From: Octopus sinensis | Lineage: Eukaryota | Direction: 5' to 3' | Assembly (NCBI RefSeq): GCF_006345805.1 | Contig: NC_043015.1 | Location: 36,580,001-36,644,000, forward strand | Length of the DNA: 64,000 nt | The notes under the pieces: generated by a model | What the model saw: the letters and a program-made list of their open reading frames with translations, nothing else | Told to the model about the DNA's origin: nothing | The model's database searches: none | Part shown: positions 14,080 to 26,800 of the stretch, in pieces | Numbering within the stretch: the first letter of the stretch is position 1 | How the letters are laid out: each line of letters opens with the position of its first letter | Translations under genes and position numbers: made by a program

Positions 14080-15039
14080 CGGTTTAAATAACTCTTCATA
14101 CATACACCGTGCATTTTCAATTTCATTTTCTGGATTAGAAAGTAGGAACATACAGACCGGCATACGTACATGCGTATTATTGGTTTATATATTGATTTAC
14201 AGAATACATAATATTGCGAAATTTCTTTCTGTCATGCATTTATGTTCCTTCGTTCCCAGAGAGACCTAAACTCACCATTTTGCTAAATTGTTGTTCAGCT
14301 GTTATGCACCCGACGTAGTAATGCATATTCACTGGATTAATTAAAATGTACTTCCTACATCCACGTACTTCGTTGTAATATTACACTGCCTGACAGGTTA
14401 TGATGCTTTTCAGCATCTCATAGATTCCCCTTCTCAGATGGAATTTGGCAGAGCTCTCATAGGAGAGTTGCTCGCTGATATATTATTATTTCTTGCTGAT
14501 ATGTAATCCATCGCTTTGTTCATTTATCCGGTTGATTTGTGGAGCAGTCATTCTTCTATGTCGACTCCTAGTATATAATGTGTTCACAAAATGGTAGACC
14601 TGCCATCGTAGATAGATGCAATAGACTTGATGGAAGCGTTTACCCTTCCTATGAAAGAGAAGATGAAGTTAAATTGTATATTATAGTCTAGAACTTTATG
14701 CTGACGATTTAAAAGTTATTAATAGAAAAGCATTAATGCCATGCATTGCCATTCAAATGGACACAAACGATCACCTTTGGAATTGGAACTTAGAAAATAC
14801 AGGTATGGAACTGTATCATCTTAAAGACTCTGTAATTTGTTGCAAGTCTCCACTTTGATGTTCTCTAAGATAAATGAATGTCCCTGAGTTGTCTTTCACA
14901 TCGAAAGTTCATATTATATCTTTATTTCTCTCAGTTCCAGCAGAACTGTCGTCGCCAAAATGATATTAATTCACACCAAATCCTATTTACACATGCTCCT
15001 CTTATTTATAATACGTGTAAAAATTGCAAACACAACCTT

Positions 15040-15610
15040 TTTGTTTCAGCAATGTCTTTGAGATTGCTTCCAATAATAAAGAATTAACATTTTGCTGCCA
15101 TTCACTAAATCTAAGCCATAATGCCAATGCCTCTTTTCAAGTCTTTAATATTTTTGGTAGCGTTCCCAATTTTCTATATCACAAAAGAAATTATGGTCAT
15201 TTTAATCTCCATAACGTTTCTAGCTCGCTGCCCAGACATCTCTATTATATCTATTATTTTTCTCCTGTTCAACTCAAATCTGTAGCAGCCATATTGAATG
15301 CTAAAATTAATCAGCTGGCATGTCTTCTTTTCCCCCTGACAATTAGTTTTAGATCGGTCGTCATGGTCTACATCGAAACCAACGCCACATCATTTTCGTT
15401 TGGCCATTCTTTATTGCGCTTTCTATTTGATCTATGGACATTTTTCTCCCTTTAATGTCGTGCCATATTTCTTAAACACTTACGAGCAAATTTGCTTTTG
15501 TGTAGAATCACGAATGCTCTTTCAATAAGTATACAACGGTTCCTAACAAAAAACATTATGAACAAAACAGCTGGTTTCCTAGTCTCTGCTTCGACATATC
15601 TTGTTAATTT
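15040..15610 (-). mobile_element. Decayed R4/Dong-type LINE 3' end (restriction-like endonuclease region)
   Basis: Minus-strand fragments across frameshifts (TCQLINFSIQY, EQEKNNRY, ELETLWRLK, TIISFVI, LGTLPK) match the order of the R4/Dong motifs C.IID.A.P.D..E.EK..KY..EL..LW..IPIVIG.LG..PK. Confidence 0.65.
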
Positions 15611-16695
15611 ATTCCATTATAATACAGTATTCTGTATCTGAGTTATTGTTAAAAGAAAACTTATTGTTGTGTTAACAAACCGCATTTTCAAATCTGTAGA
15701 TCTGTAAATCGGTATGCGATCTGCTCGGTTTTACCTTTCGTAAATGTTCAGTTATCACTCGCAAGTGAGTACCACCTGGCGATTTCTACAACCTGTCTGC
15801 TGTTGTTAGTTTCTTTTTTTTTTCTTTTTACGAGCAGACACTGTCACACACATCGCTGTCCAATCATTGACCCAGCGGTACAAACGACAAAACTGCTGTA
15901 GCAAGAGGGTAAAGGGTTCGACTAGAATGAACTTGCTAAGCGCTTACAGTTGAGTCCAGTGAGGCAACATGATAAAGGAAGAGCATTGTCAAGGGCACGA
16001 AGCATCGCCCATTTCCGATCTCGGATCTACGTCTTTACAAATGTAGGTGCATCATTCGGGCACTAGGCGACCCACCTATTTGCGTGGGGAAATGTGGTGT
16101 GGATATAAAAGAGATTAGTGTGTTTTGAGCCATCGTGGATATTAATGAGTTTTGCAATTTCAACTTTTGTATATTTGTGTGCGTACGTGCGTGGGAGTTC
16201 GTGTGTGTGTGTGTGATTATATATGTATATACATATATATATCCGAGTTTGTATAGAACAATATGTTAATCAATGAAATTCCAAATTAGTCTGATTTTCA
16301 TGTTTTATTATTTGCAATATTTACAATTTTTCAATATTGAGATAAAGTAGTACTTTCATGCGTTACGCAATCATCAGGTTTCGTAGTTACAGTCGAGATC
16401 CACAATTGACAAGTACAGTGAAATGGTTAGATTTGTCCTTTAAACACCCTTCGATGGGCTCCAGCTGGCTGAATCATACAAGCTGTATTTTGACCAATCA
16501 CCATGTGGTTTATACGTCAGGGATTAGTGTGAACGTCAAGGATTATTTACTTTGACTGCACCAAAAGCAATAACTGTTTGGCTATATTCTGAGAGCTTGT
16601 AAATAACATTCCTGTTTTGATATGCACGCACGCACGCACACACACACACACACACATACACACACACACACACAGAGGCATACGCACACACACAA

Positions 16696-16728
<33 letters not shown>

Positions 16729-17279
16729 CATGTATATATATAAATATATATCAATATATATGTTTGTGTGTATATATATATATATATATGTATGTATGCA
16801 TATGTATATATCACGGATCACTGCATTATACAAACACACAAATAGTAACGTAATAGTCATGAATGGGCAGAGTGTTATATTCTGTAGCCTCTATATTGTC
16901 GCTCGGCTTCCTTGAAATAACACCCATTTCCTCCTCAAATTAAATGATATCGTTTTGTTATGAATATAGAAGGATAAACTGGATATTACAATCTGAATTA
17001 CTTAATATTTGATATGAACAGTGACTTTTAAAGATGGTATAGCAATAGCAATATCGACGAAAAAGACAACCGACAGCAACAATAAGAATACAAACAAAAC
17101 GAGAAAAGCACCCTGTGTCTGCTGTTGTTCTCCGATGTTCAACTTCTTAAAAATAATCACAAGATCACTTTAGACTCACCTCCTTAGAAATCGAGAAGCG
17201 ACAGCTTTTTCCCAAATATCTTCTTTGCCATAGCTAAATGGGTCTTAGTCAACAACATCAACAATTATATATACATGTT

Positions 17280-17420
17280 TCATGTGAATGATCTGAGGTT
17301 ACAGTGCGGTTTCTCGAGCTGGTAAAGGTAGCATGTAAGTCTTCTTGAGATCGCACGTGAAGGCACTAAGATCTTTGAAAATGTCACATTGCATAATGGA
17401 ATGCCTCAAGGTACTGAACA
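17280..17420 (+). mobile_element. Possible decayed CR1/L2-type reverse transcriptase fragment
   Basis: KSF(L)RDRT-like stretch followed by GTKIFENVTLHNGMPQGT, resembling the RT GVPQG motif. Confidence 0.35.
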
Positions 17421-18909
17421 ATATTGGTACGGCTGGAATAGATTTGATGTTACAGCAAAGTTCAATCAAACGACACGTTCATAAGGATGGCCATTGGCGT
17501 CTATTTAACTTCTAGGCTTCCATATTAATGACGAACGGAATGTCAGTGTGTGGCATAGAAATTTAGTGTTAGCTAAAGATTGAAAATACCTATGGTGAAA
17601 TATATATGTCTTTTATTAATTTCCTGATTGTCTCAGCACTTTTGCCGTTTACTTGAGAAATACAAATCAAATTGGCACCAGAGGAAGAGAAAACGAAAGA
17701 CAATGTGAAGGTTTGAATCGAACTAAGGTAGCTGATATTCCAACTAAACGATTTACATTATTGGCAAGACCCATTGTCACGTTTACCTTTGAAACGTGAC
17801 TAAATAAATTGCAAACCAAACGTCTGGAGAAAGCTATTAATTCAAAGCCATTGCCAGGAAATACCCATTAGTTTTATGTAGTTTTTCTTTGCTATTTTCT
17901 TTCTTTTTTTTACAGTCTATTTGATTTAACCGTACCAGTAGTGTTTCAGAAGAGAAAATAACTTGAAGAAACATCACCTCTGAATTGAAAGCAGGAAATA
18001 TATAAATCTATTTGTCTTTTGTTAGATGTCATGTTAACCGATATATATGTAACTACACGGTTTTCGTTTTCTGTAATTTATCTTTTAAACTTGTCACATC
18101 ACATTTGGCGAGAACATGGCCTTTTGTTCAAGACATTTCCACAAGAAGATGGATGTTTACTTTGGAAAAAGGTCAAGAAAATAATGTTCCATTAATGTTA
18201 TTGAGAAATGTATATGCAACTCTCACAAGCGGCGGCGGATTAGATTATAAGTTTTCGTTAGTATTTCGTGAAATACAAGAGGTTTGCACAATTTCTTTGT
18301 GTTATGGTCGTTAATAATTCGATCATCTCTCACCCAGAATTAGTTATTGTTTACATTCTGTTCAATGGAATTTCTGGTAAAATTTTTGCTTAGATGTGTG
18401 CGCATTGATGCGTTCACTGACATCGAAAAATGGCTGGAACTTGTATGTTTTTTTTCTAGTTTAGTGAGTGATAATGTCTACTCATAGACTCTCTCTTACT
18501 CATTGTGTTTCTCCAGCTACACTTTAGACATATAAGTACACACTCAATAATATTGCTGTCGCTTGGAAGCTAAAATACATTTCTGATATGTGTCTGATGT
18601 AGTTGGAGAGATGCAATGCACATTAAATTTTAGAAATGCTTTAGCATAAGGGTAGGACGAACAATGAGATGCTAAGCGCTGACACATTTTAATTCTAAGA
18701 ATGTGGTTACAATATTCAGATATTAAAATATTCCTGAATCAGAGAATATGCTCACCTTCATAATCTCGTGCTTCAAGTTAAATATCGAAAATAAACATCG
18801 AAGAAAATGAATAACGACCAAATTTTGAATAAGCTGCCCTTCGACTGAACGCGGAAAAAAAGGAAAATAACAAAGTTTCTCCGATATGTAGCCCACCAGT
18901 AGTCTTATT

Positions 18910-19075
18910 AGTTCTTGATATAACCTCAAGAGTGCACCATTTAGGGATGTCGGGGTGGGGTTGAAATGACCAATTAAGATGGATTTATGACATAGTTTAT
19001 CAACCTTCAGTATGTATGAAGTAATGCGAAATTGACCTGTGCAGGATTTGAACTCAGAATGTATCGAATTGCAGT
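18910..19075 (-). mobile_element. Degenerate SINE family A copy
   Basis: ttgacctgtgcaggatttgaactcagaa resembles gtcaacctcggcggaatttgaactcagaa at about 33562. Confidence 0.5.
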
Positions 19076-20917
19076 CACATACTACATTGTATTTGTTTGA
19101 AGCTGCGGTCGATCTGAAATCCACCACTCTTAGTATTATATTGATCATTTATTTCTAAATGGTAAAAGGGGCCACATGGATTAATCCAGAGTGTATTGAA
19201 TTTTCATCGACTTCAGTGCTCCTGGGAAAATGAAGGATTTCCAAAACTCGAATATCCAGTCTGAATCAACGCATGACGACTCCGGTGAAGATAATTAAGC
19301 CCCATATGGTCGTGGGTTGAATGCTCCCTTATATCTGCTACAGGTACGATTCCTTGGGCGGGATTTTACTCAACTCTCGTCTAACTTATTTCATTTATTC
19401 TGATGTAAAAGAGAGAAGCTACAGTTAACGATACTTACCCATGGTACTGTGTTGTGAAATTGATCCCAAAACCATATCGGCAGAAAGCTAATGGTTCTTG
19501 ATATAACAAACCTGTGAGTAAAGATATTCCATCCATGACGAATCTGTCGCTTCATGGGAATTGTTTATGTGGTACCAAGGTATGTACTTGTGGATATCAT
19601 TCTTTTCTTTCAAAATAAACTAAAATGTGGCATTTTATTTAAGCAGATCCCGTGACAGAGTGCACACTCCATGTCGCTGGAATCGTGTTTGTTTTCTTAA
19701 AATAACGTTTTCCATTCTATTCTGTTTCATTGCAGTCGATGGTGAAGACCCATGTCCATAGAAGTTTTAAGTTTGTGTTTTGAAACATTCTTTCTTTTAA
19801 TTCTTTTAACTTTTCCTATTTTGGTTTTTGTCTTTTATCTTCCTAATCAATTTATGTACGTGGAGGTATATGAAGTAATTCCCAAGTCTTAATCACACAC
19901 CTGAAGTGAATGAAATTATGGTTGCTACGGTTGTGAAACATTACCGCATCCATGTAATACGGTTTCAACAAGTAAGTCTAATCTAATTAAATAACCGATC
20001 TTTGTAATTCTCTTAGAAGAGATAAAAGAAGCAGCAAAAGTTGACATTAAAAGTAAAGTATTTTCTTATTGTAAAATTTATATTTATCTCTCCTTGCACT
20101 CTGATTGAATATATGTTCCAACTATAACCATCGGATATATGTTCAAGCTATGGCCATCCAAACTCAAATTATTTTGAAATTTATAGAATCGTCAATTGTG
20201 TCAGAATTTAATTAAATTAGCCATCCGGATATCGTACATAATATATATACACCGTTGATTGGCCTATAGTTCCAGTATTTCTCCTAAGATGAACTCACTT
20301 AGTGAGTTGATATATTGGCAGTAAGTTTTCCTATGTGTCTACAATCACTTTTAATGTAGGGTGGTAATATGAGTGCGGTTCGAGGACGTTTATAACTACT
20401 ATTTGTAGCAAGACAGAAAGATCTTAGGATCTTACTAGTTTATTCCTTCAAGAGAAGTATTGCAAATTGTCCGGTCCAAACACCAAATAGAGAAACATCT
20501 CAGGAAAAAATCGATCGAAGGAAGTGCAGTTAATGGAAGATATTTTCAGAGCAGTGAGGCAGGGGACTGTTAAACTTTCAGATAAGAAACATCCAAATAT
20601 AGAATGCATTTTCCTGACACGCTGGAATAACATTATCTAATGCTCTTGCTGTAGATTGGTAGCTTCTTTGTAAATAAATGTCACAGAAGATTTCACGGAA
20701 TTGCTCGCAGGATTTCGACAAATAACATATTTTTACCAGATGTCTTCAAAAACAACGAAATGGCATACCTATCATAGATTATTTATTTAAACAAAAAATA
20801 TCCGACTTGATCTATGTGTATATGCGTGTCTTCGTAAATATCTTCTGTTTCTACCTCTATCATTTCCTATTAAGACATATATACATATAGACACACACAC
20901 ACACATACAGGCACACA

Positions 20918-20979
<62 letters not shown>

Positions 20980-21213
20980 CATACATATATATGTATGTAT
21001 ACACACACATATGTAAACATAGCGGTTCGACATGGCTTATATATATATAGCGAGGGTATGCGAGGTATTGGTATCTAGAAGACCCAAAGAGAGGTGGGTA
21101 ACGCTAAGTAAGTGCTATGGACAGACCATAGTTAAACTCTCGGTTCGTTAGTGATATGAGTGAAAAGTATAATGAGAGTTTTGTATTAGCATGCATATGC
21201 ATATATATATTAT

Positions 21214-21530
21214 ACAAAATGAGATAACAAAGCCAAGGCTGTGGGGAGTTTTCAGGACATTTATAAGGAGAAAGCTGTTTCTGGGATATTATGGATATCC
21301 CTTCATCTGAGACGATGTAAGGTGATTAAAAAGAGGTAAATATTTGAGTTTAAAATAAGGAATTATTATGGAAAAGAAGGAGATCATTTACTTCTATTTA
21401 ACCATCTCACATCGTCTCTGATCAATAGATGTCCATAATATCCCAGAAACAGCTGTAAGCCTATATCTATATCCTTTTCTTAGAAATGACTTGAAAGCTC
21501 CACAGTCTTCACTTTGTTATCTCATTTTGT
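21214..21530. mobile_element. Fold-back element with HHR-like motifs in both polarities (Penelope-like relic, family H1)
   Basis: Arms acaaaatgagataacaaag and ctttgttatctcattttgt are reverse complements. Inner arms carry gtct-cagatga-agggatat..atatccc-a-gaaa-cagct (minus) and gtct-ctgatca-..atatccc-a-gaaa-cagctg-ta-agcc (plus). Confidence 0.75.
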
Positions 21531-21759
21531 CTTATATATGTATATATACAATAACATACATATAACAATAACATGCATATACAATAACATACATATAAAT
21601 ATATATTTGCATATATATGTACGAATATATAAATAATATATTTGTGTATGTATGTATATGTGTGTGCTAAAACAGGTGTGTGTGTGTGTGTGTTTGTGTG
21701 TTTGTGTGTGTCTGTTTGTGTGTATTTGTGTGTATATATGTGTTTGTTCCTACATCATC

Positions 21760-21895
21760 GCTTGTGAGTTTATGCCCCCGAAACTTAGCAAAAGCATATG
21801 TACTAGGCTTACAAATGTCCTGGGATCGATTACTAGCACCCTTTAAATCAGTGCTCCATCATGCGCGCAGTCAAATGACTAAAACAAGTAAAAGC
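21760..21895 (+). mobile_element. 3' half of SINE family B
   Basis: gtgctccatcatgcgcgcagtcaaatgactaaaacaagtaaaag tail. Confidence 0.65.
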
Positions 21896-21923
<28 letters not shown>

Positions 21924-21930
<7 letters not shown>

Positions 21931-22642
21931 AGGAGATATGTTATAGCTATAAGAATATACCATAAACAAATATAAAAAATGGAGAAAAGATGTTGAAACA
22001 GAAATAGATTTATTATAAAACTGGAATCAATGCATGCGTACGTTTGGAAAAAAACAATGCAAAAAATTTAAGAAAAAAATTTAATCATAGTGATTATAAT
22101 TATAATTGAAAATAAACAATTAAAATTAAGAATAAAAATAAAATAAAATATAAAATTGAATTTATCCATTGTTATTCTCATCAGTGAGGAATCTTTTGAA
22201 GGACATCAAAAAAGAAATTAATAAGATGAAGAAAAATGGGATAAAAATAAAATTAAATTAAAATAAAATAAGATGCAAAAGGAGAACACAGATGGGGCAA
22301 TACCCGATTTCCCTTATTGCCCCACCTGTGTTCTCTTATTGTATCTTATTTTATTTTATTTTTATCTCATTTTTCTTCCCCTTATTAAATTTTTTTTGAT
22401 GTCCTTCAAAATATTTTAAATTCTATTTTTACTTTTATTCTTAATTTTTATTTTTCATTTTCAATAATAATTATAATCACTATGATTTAAATTTTTTCTG
22501 AAATTTTTTGCACTTTTTCGAAACGTACATTTGCATTAAATCCAGTTTTATGATAAATCTATTTCTGTTTCAACATCTTTTCTCCATTTTTTATACTTGT
22601 TTATGGTATATTCTTATACCTATAAAGAATCTCCTCAAATAT
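21924..22642. repeat. Approximately 720-bp imperfect inverted repeat (fold-back), copy 1
   Basis: Outer ends atatttgaggagat and atctcctcaaatat; centre ggggcaata-cccgatttccct-tattgcccc at 22294-22323; the arms pair over about 330 bp. Confidence 0.92.
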
Positions 22643-22863
22643 TATTTTCATATTCTTATTACCTGTTTTGGCTGTTTTTCATGAATATGATGAATCCTTA
22701 TTAGAAATCACATTTTCTCTCTTTTTGGATCCCCCCAAAAGTTCGAATTGTTCTTTTTGAACTTATCTTATCACTCACACACAAACAAAAAGAACAGACT
22801 CACACATACACCCGCATATATATATGTATATGTACTTTATTTAAAAGCAGCTGAAATATCACA

Positions 22864-22909
22864 AAAACTGTTACTCAAAGTTTCACGTTCCCCTTCGTCG
22901 GACAGCTTT
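22864..22909 (-). ncRNA. Type-I hammerhead-like motif (variant core CCGACGA), copy 1
   Basis: Minus strand: aaagctgt CCGACGA aggggaacgt GAAA ctttgag TA acagtttt. Stem I pairs 8 bp, stem II is weak. Confidence 0.6.
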
Positions 22910-22982
22910 GTTTCGATATAATATATATATATATAAATACATACATACATATGCACTATATATATATATATTATATATATAT

Positions 22983-23700
22983 ATATTTGAGGAGATATGT
23001 TATAGCTATAAGAATATACCATAAACAAATATAAAAAATGGAGAAAAGATGTTGAAACAGAAATAGATTTATTATAAAACTGGAATCAATGCATGCGTAC
23101 GTTGGAAAAAAACAATGCAAAAAATTTAAGAAAAAAATTTAATCATAGTGATTATAATTATAATTGAAAATAAACAATTAAAATTAAGAATAAAAATAAA
23201 ATAAAATATAAAATTGAATTTATCCATTGTTATTCTCATCAGTGAGGAATCTTTTGAAGGACATCAAAAAAGAAATTAATAAGATGAAGAAAAATGGGAT
23301 AAAAATAAAATTAAATTAAAATAAAATAAGATGCAAAAGGAGAACACAGATGGGGCAATACCCGATTTCCCTTATTGCCCCACCTGTGTTCTCTTATTGT
23401 ATCTTATTTTATTTTATTTTTATCTCATTTTTCTTCCCCTTATTAAATTTTTTTTGATGTCCTTCAAAATATTTTAAATTCTATTTTTACTTTTATTCTT
23501 AATTTTTATTTTTCATTTTCAATAATAATTATAATCACTATGATTTAAATTTTTTCTGAAATTTTTTGCACTTTTTCGAAACGTACATTTGCATTAAATC
23601 CAGTTTTATGATAAATCTATTTCTGTTTCAACATCTTTTCTCCATTTTTTATACTTGTTTATGGTATATTCTTATACCTATAAAGAATCTCCTCAAATAT
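22983..23700. repeat. Approximately 720-bp fold-back, copy 2 (part of a 1.06-kb tandem duplication 21924-24020)
   Basis: Near-identical to 21924-22642 at an offset of 1058-1060. Confidence 0.92.
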
Positions 23701-23923
23701 TATTTTCATATTCTTATTACCTGTTTTGGCTGTTTTTCATGAATATGATGAATCCTTATTAGAAATCACATTTTCTCTCTTTTTGGATCCCCCCAAAAGT
23801 TCGAATTGTTCTTTTTGAACTTATCTTATCACTCACACACAAACAAAAAGAACAGACTCACACATACACCCGCATATATATATATGTATATGTACTTTAT
23901 TTAAAAGCAGCTGAAATATCACA

Positions 23924-23969
23924 AAAACTGTTACTCAAAGTTTCACGTTCCCCTTCGTCGGACAGCTTT
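23924..23969 (-). ncRNA. Type-I hammerhead-like motif, copy 2
   Basis: Identical to 22864-22909. Confidence 0.6.
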
Positions 23970-24110
23970 GTTTCGATATAATATATATATATATAAATAC
24001 ATACATACATATGCACATATATATATATATATATATGACAACTCTCCATCATACAACGCAGAGTAGATAAACGAAACAATTTAAAGTCAAATCAAAGATT
24101 ATTAAACTGG

Positions 24111-24196
24111 AGACACTGAAGAAGCCGCACCGATATTATAACAGTGTTGTAATTGCAACGGTTACTAATCGATGCAATTGAAACGTATGTAGGTCT
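24111..24196 (+). ncRNA. Type-I hammerhead ribozyme motif with long stem II
   Basis: agac-a CTGAAGA [agccgcaccgat...atcgatgcaatt] GAAA cgtatg TA g-gtct. Canonical core, GUA triplet and near-palindromic stem III. Confidence 0.7.
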
Positions 24197-24284
24197 AAGT
24201 AACGATCTATTATAAAAAGGAATGAATGGTAATGCTCTGCCACTTCGTGCCACTTCCTAATAATCCATATTATTAGTATTATTA

Positions 24285-24420
24285 TTCAGTGAGAGAGCAA
24301 TGCATACCATCAAAGTAGCCCATGTTTTATACCAAGACAAAACAATGTACATGATAACACTTCCAATCAGTTAAGATCAGAAGCCATGAGAGCCACTGCC
24401 TGGTACTGCAACAGGTCATT
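24285..24420. mobile_element. Internally deleted copy of the interspersed repeat at 51280-51755
   Basis: agtgagagagcaatg..caaagt is joined directly to agccca..ttttatacca; both segments occur about 430 nt apart at about 51286 and 51738. Confidence 0.6.
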
Positions 24421-24438
24421 TTATTACTATTATTATTA

Positions 24439-24495
<57 letters not shown>

Positions 24496-24540
24496 CATTA
24501 TTGTTGTTGTTGTTGTTATTATTATTATTATTATTATTAT
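24421..24540. repeat. (TAT)n microsatellite
   Basis: Direct reading. Confidence 0.95.
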
Positions 24541-24579
24541 TTTATATATATGTGTGTGTGTGTATGTATGTATATATAT

Positions 24580-24780
24580 GTTTTATATTTTCCGCACAAG
24601 CCAGCTATTTTAGGGGAGAGTGTGAGCCGATTATATCGATCTCAGTGCTAAACAAGTACTCATTTTATCGAATTGGTAAGAATTAAAGGCAAAGCTGATA
24701 CCCAGTGGTATTTAAAATCAGAGCGTCAACTCGGGAGAAAAACCGTTAAGAACCTTGTTCGGCGCTATAAATTTTCTGGG
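24580..24780 (-). mobile_element. Degenerate SINE family A copy
   Basis: cacaagccagctattttagggg..atcgatctcagtg..gtactcattttatcga..aaaggcaaag, homologous to the reverse complement of 3995-4215. Confidence 0.65.
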
Positions 24781-25681
24781 ACCTCTCTACATTAAATCTA
24801 TCTTATAAATGTGCTTATAAATCTGCTTCTGTGTGTGTGTGTGTGTGTGTATGTATTAATTCATAATTTTTATGTTATAACAAAAACTATTTATATAAGT
24901 TTTGAAGGATTGAAGGATTACGCAATGCCTGTGGTAGAGTATAAAATTATTATTCTTCAACAAACATAATTTTGACAGTGACTTCGAAGTGTCGAACAAC
25001 GAAGCAGTCATTGATAAACGCTATTCTGGCAGAAACTCTAAATTCACTGACCATACTATTTTTGTTAAAGACCGTTTTTTTCTTATATATATGCAACTTA
25101 GTGGGTGTGTGTGTGTATGTGTGTATGTGTGTTTGTATGTATGTATATGACTATTTTAATAAAACTCAATACATAGCAAGACTTTCACCCGACATGTGTA
25201 CATGTTAGCAATATACAAAAACCTATCCGCAGTATTGATTTTTCTTATATTTCAACAAAATAATTATATAATATTTTATATTTGTTATGTTTATTTTAAT
25301 ATTCTTATCAGAAATAATCTTTTCTCCTGACTCTGTGCAGCAACTCCCCCACAACCACCCCGTTTGTCTATCTTCCGCTCTCTTTTCCTCGCCTCTCACT
25401 CTGCCCCTCTCTCACTCTGATCCCCTCTCACTCTCTCTGTCCTGTCTCTCTCTCTCTCTCTTTCCCGATTATACTCTTCATGTCACTCATTCATGTTCCC
25501 CATATCTGCCACTCTCCACTAATTTCTCTTATGGCTTCCATATAGCAGTTCTCACAAACACACAGCCGCGCGCACACACACTCACACATACACACACACA
25601 CATCACACTTTTATTTCTCTTTCTCTCTCTCCCCGTCTCTCTCTGTCTATATGTGTATATATACATATATATTTGTATGTA

Positions 25682-25716
<35 letters not shown>

Positions 25717-25741
25717 ACATATATATGTATACATACATATA

Positions 25742-25777
<36 letters not shown>

Positions 25778-25819
25778 TGCATATATATATATGTATACAT
25801 ACATATACATATATACATA

Positions 25820-25850
<31 letters not shown>

Positions 25851-26399
25851 GTATTTATCTAAGTACATATATATATATATAGATATAGATATATAAATAT
25901 ACATACATATATATTTGTATATATATATATATACGTATATATATATATATATGTATGTATATATATATGTATATATATATATGTATGTATATATAAATAT
26001 ATAATTACGTCTATGTATTACATGCACACACCGATGTACGTATATTCACAGATATCGACACATAAACTCGCAACACGCACATATATATTTTTCTATATAT
26101 ATTCATTCATTAGCACTTATATGCACAATAAACATATAAAATACGTGTGTGCCTGTCTGTATGTGAGTGTGTGAGTGGGTCTGTGTGGGTGCGCGTGCGA
26201 ATATGTGCGTGTGTGTAGCTGTATGTTTAACAATTTATTTCGACTTCTAAACATTTTATAAAGATAGTTTTCCAAGCATTTACAACAAGCGGCATATACC
26301 ATTTCATATGCGGAACAATTATTGGGACCCGCGTTCAAATAGCCCCATCAGAAGACAGCTAACGTTGGAAGCATAGTTTTGGCACCCCGGGTATGCGAA

Positions 26400-26800
26400 T
26401 ATTTTATCTTTACATGTTTCCCGCATTAGAGTGCGTCCATGCTGGGGCACCCACGTTCAGGTATTTTAGTCGAATGAATCAACACTGGAACTATCACACT
26501 GTTGCCGCACCATTAAATTACGGGGAAATGAACATACAAACACCGGTTGTTAAGCAGTAGGAGTGAGAAACAAACACAGACACACAGGCACACACACATA
26601 TTTACTTACAAGCACACGCCCACACACCTGTATATACGACTGTCTTCTTTTTGTTTCCGTTTACCGAATCCACAAAGAAGCCTTTGGCGAAAAGGAAGCT
26701 ATAATAGAAGACACTTGGCCAAGGTGCCACGCTGTAGGACCGAGCCCAGAACTATTCGGTTGGGAAGGGTGTGTGTTACCGCACAACCACAACTGCGCGT
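26400..26800 (-). mobile_element. SINE family B copy (degenerate)
   Basis: ccatgctggggcac..caccggttgttaagc..atacgac..tttccgtttaccgaatccac..agaagacacttggccaaggtgccacgctgtaggaccgagcc. Confidence 0.75.

Noticed and set aside
21045-21185. TA-flanked block with CTAACGA and a ctatgg/ccatag hairpin
   Set aside because: No GAAA box or stem I; too degenerate to call.
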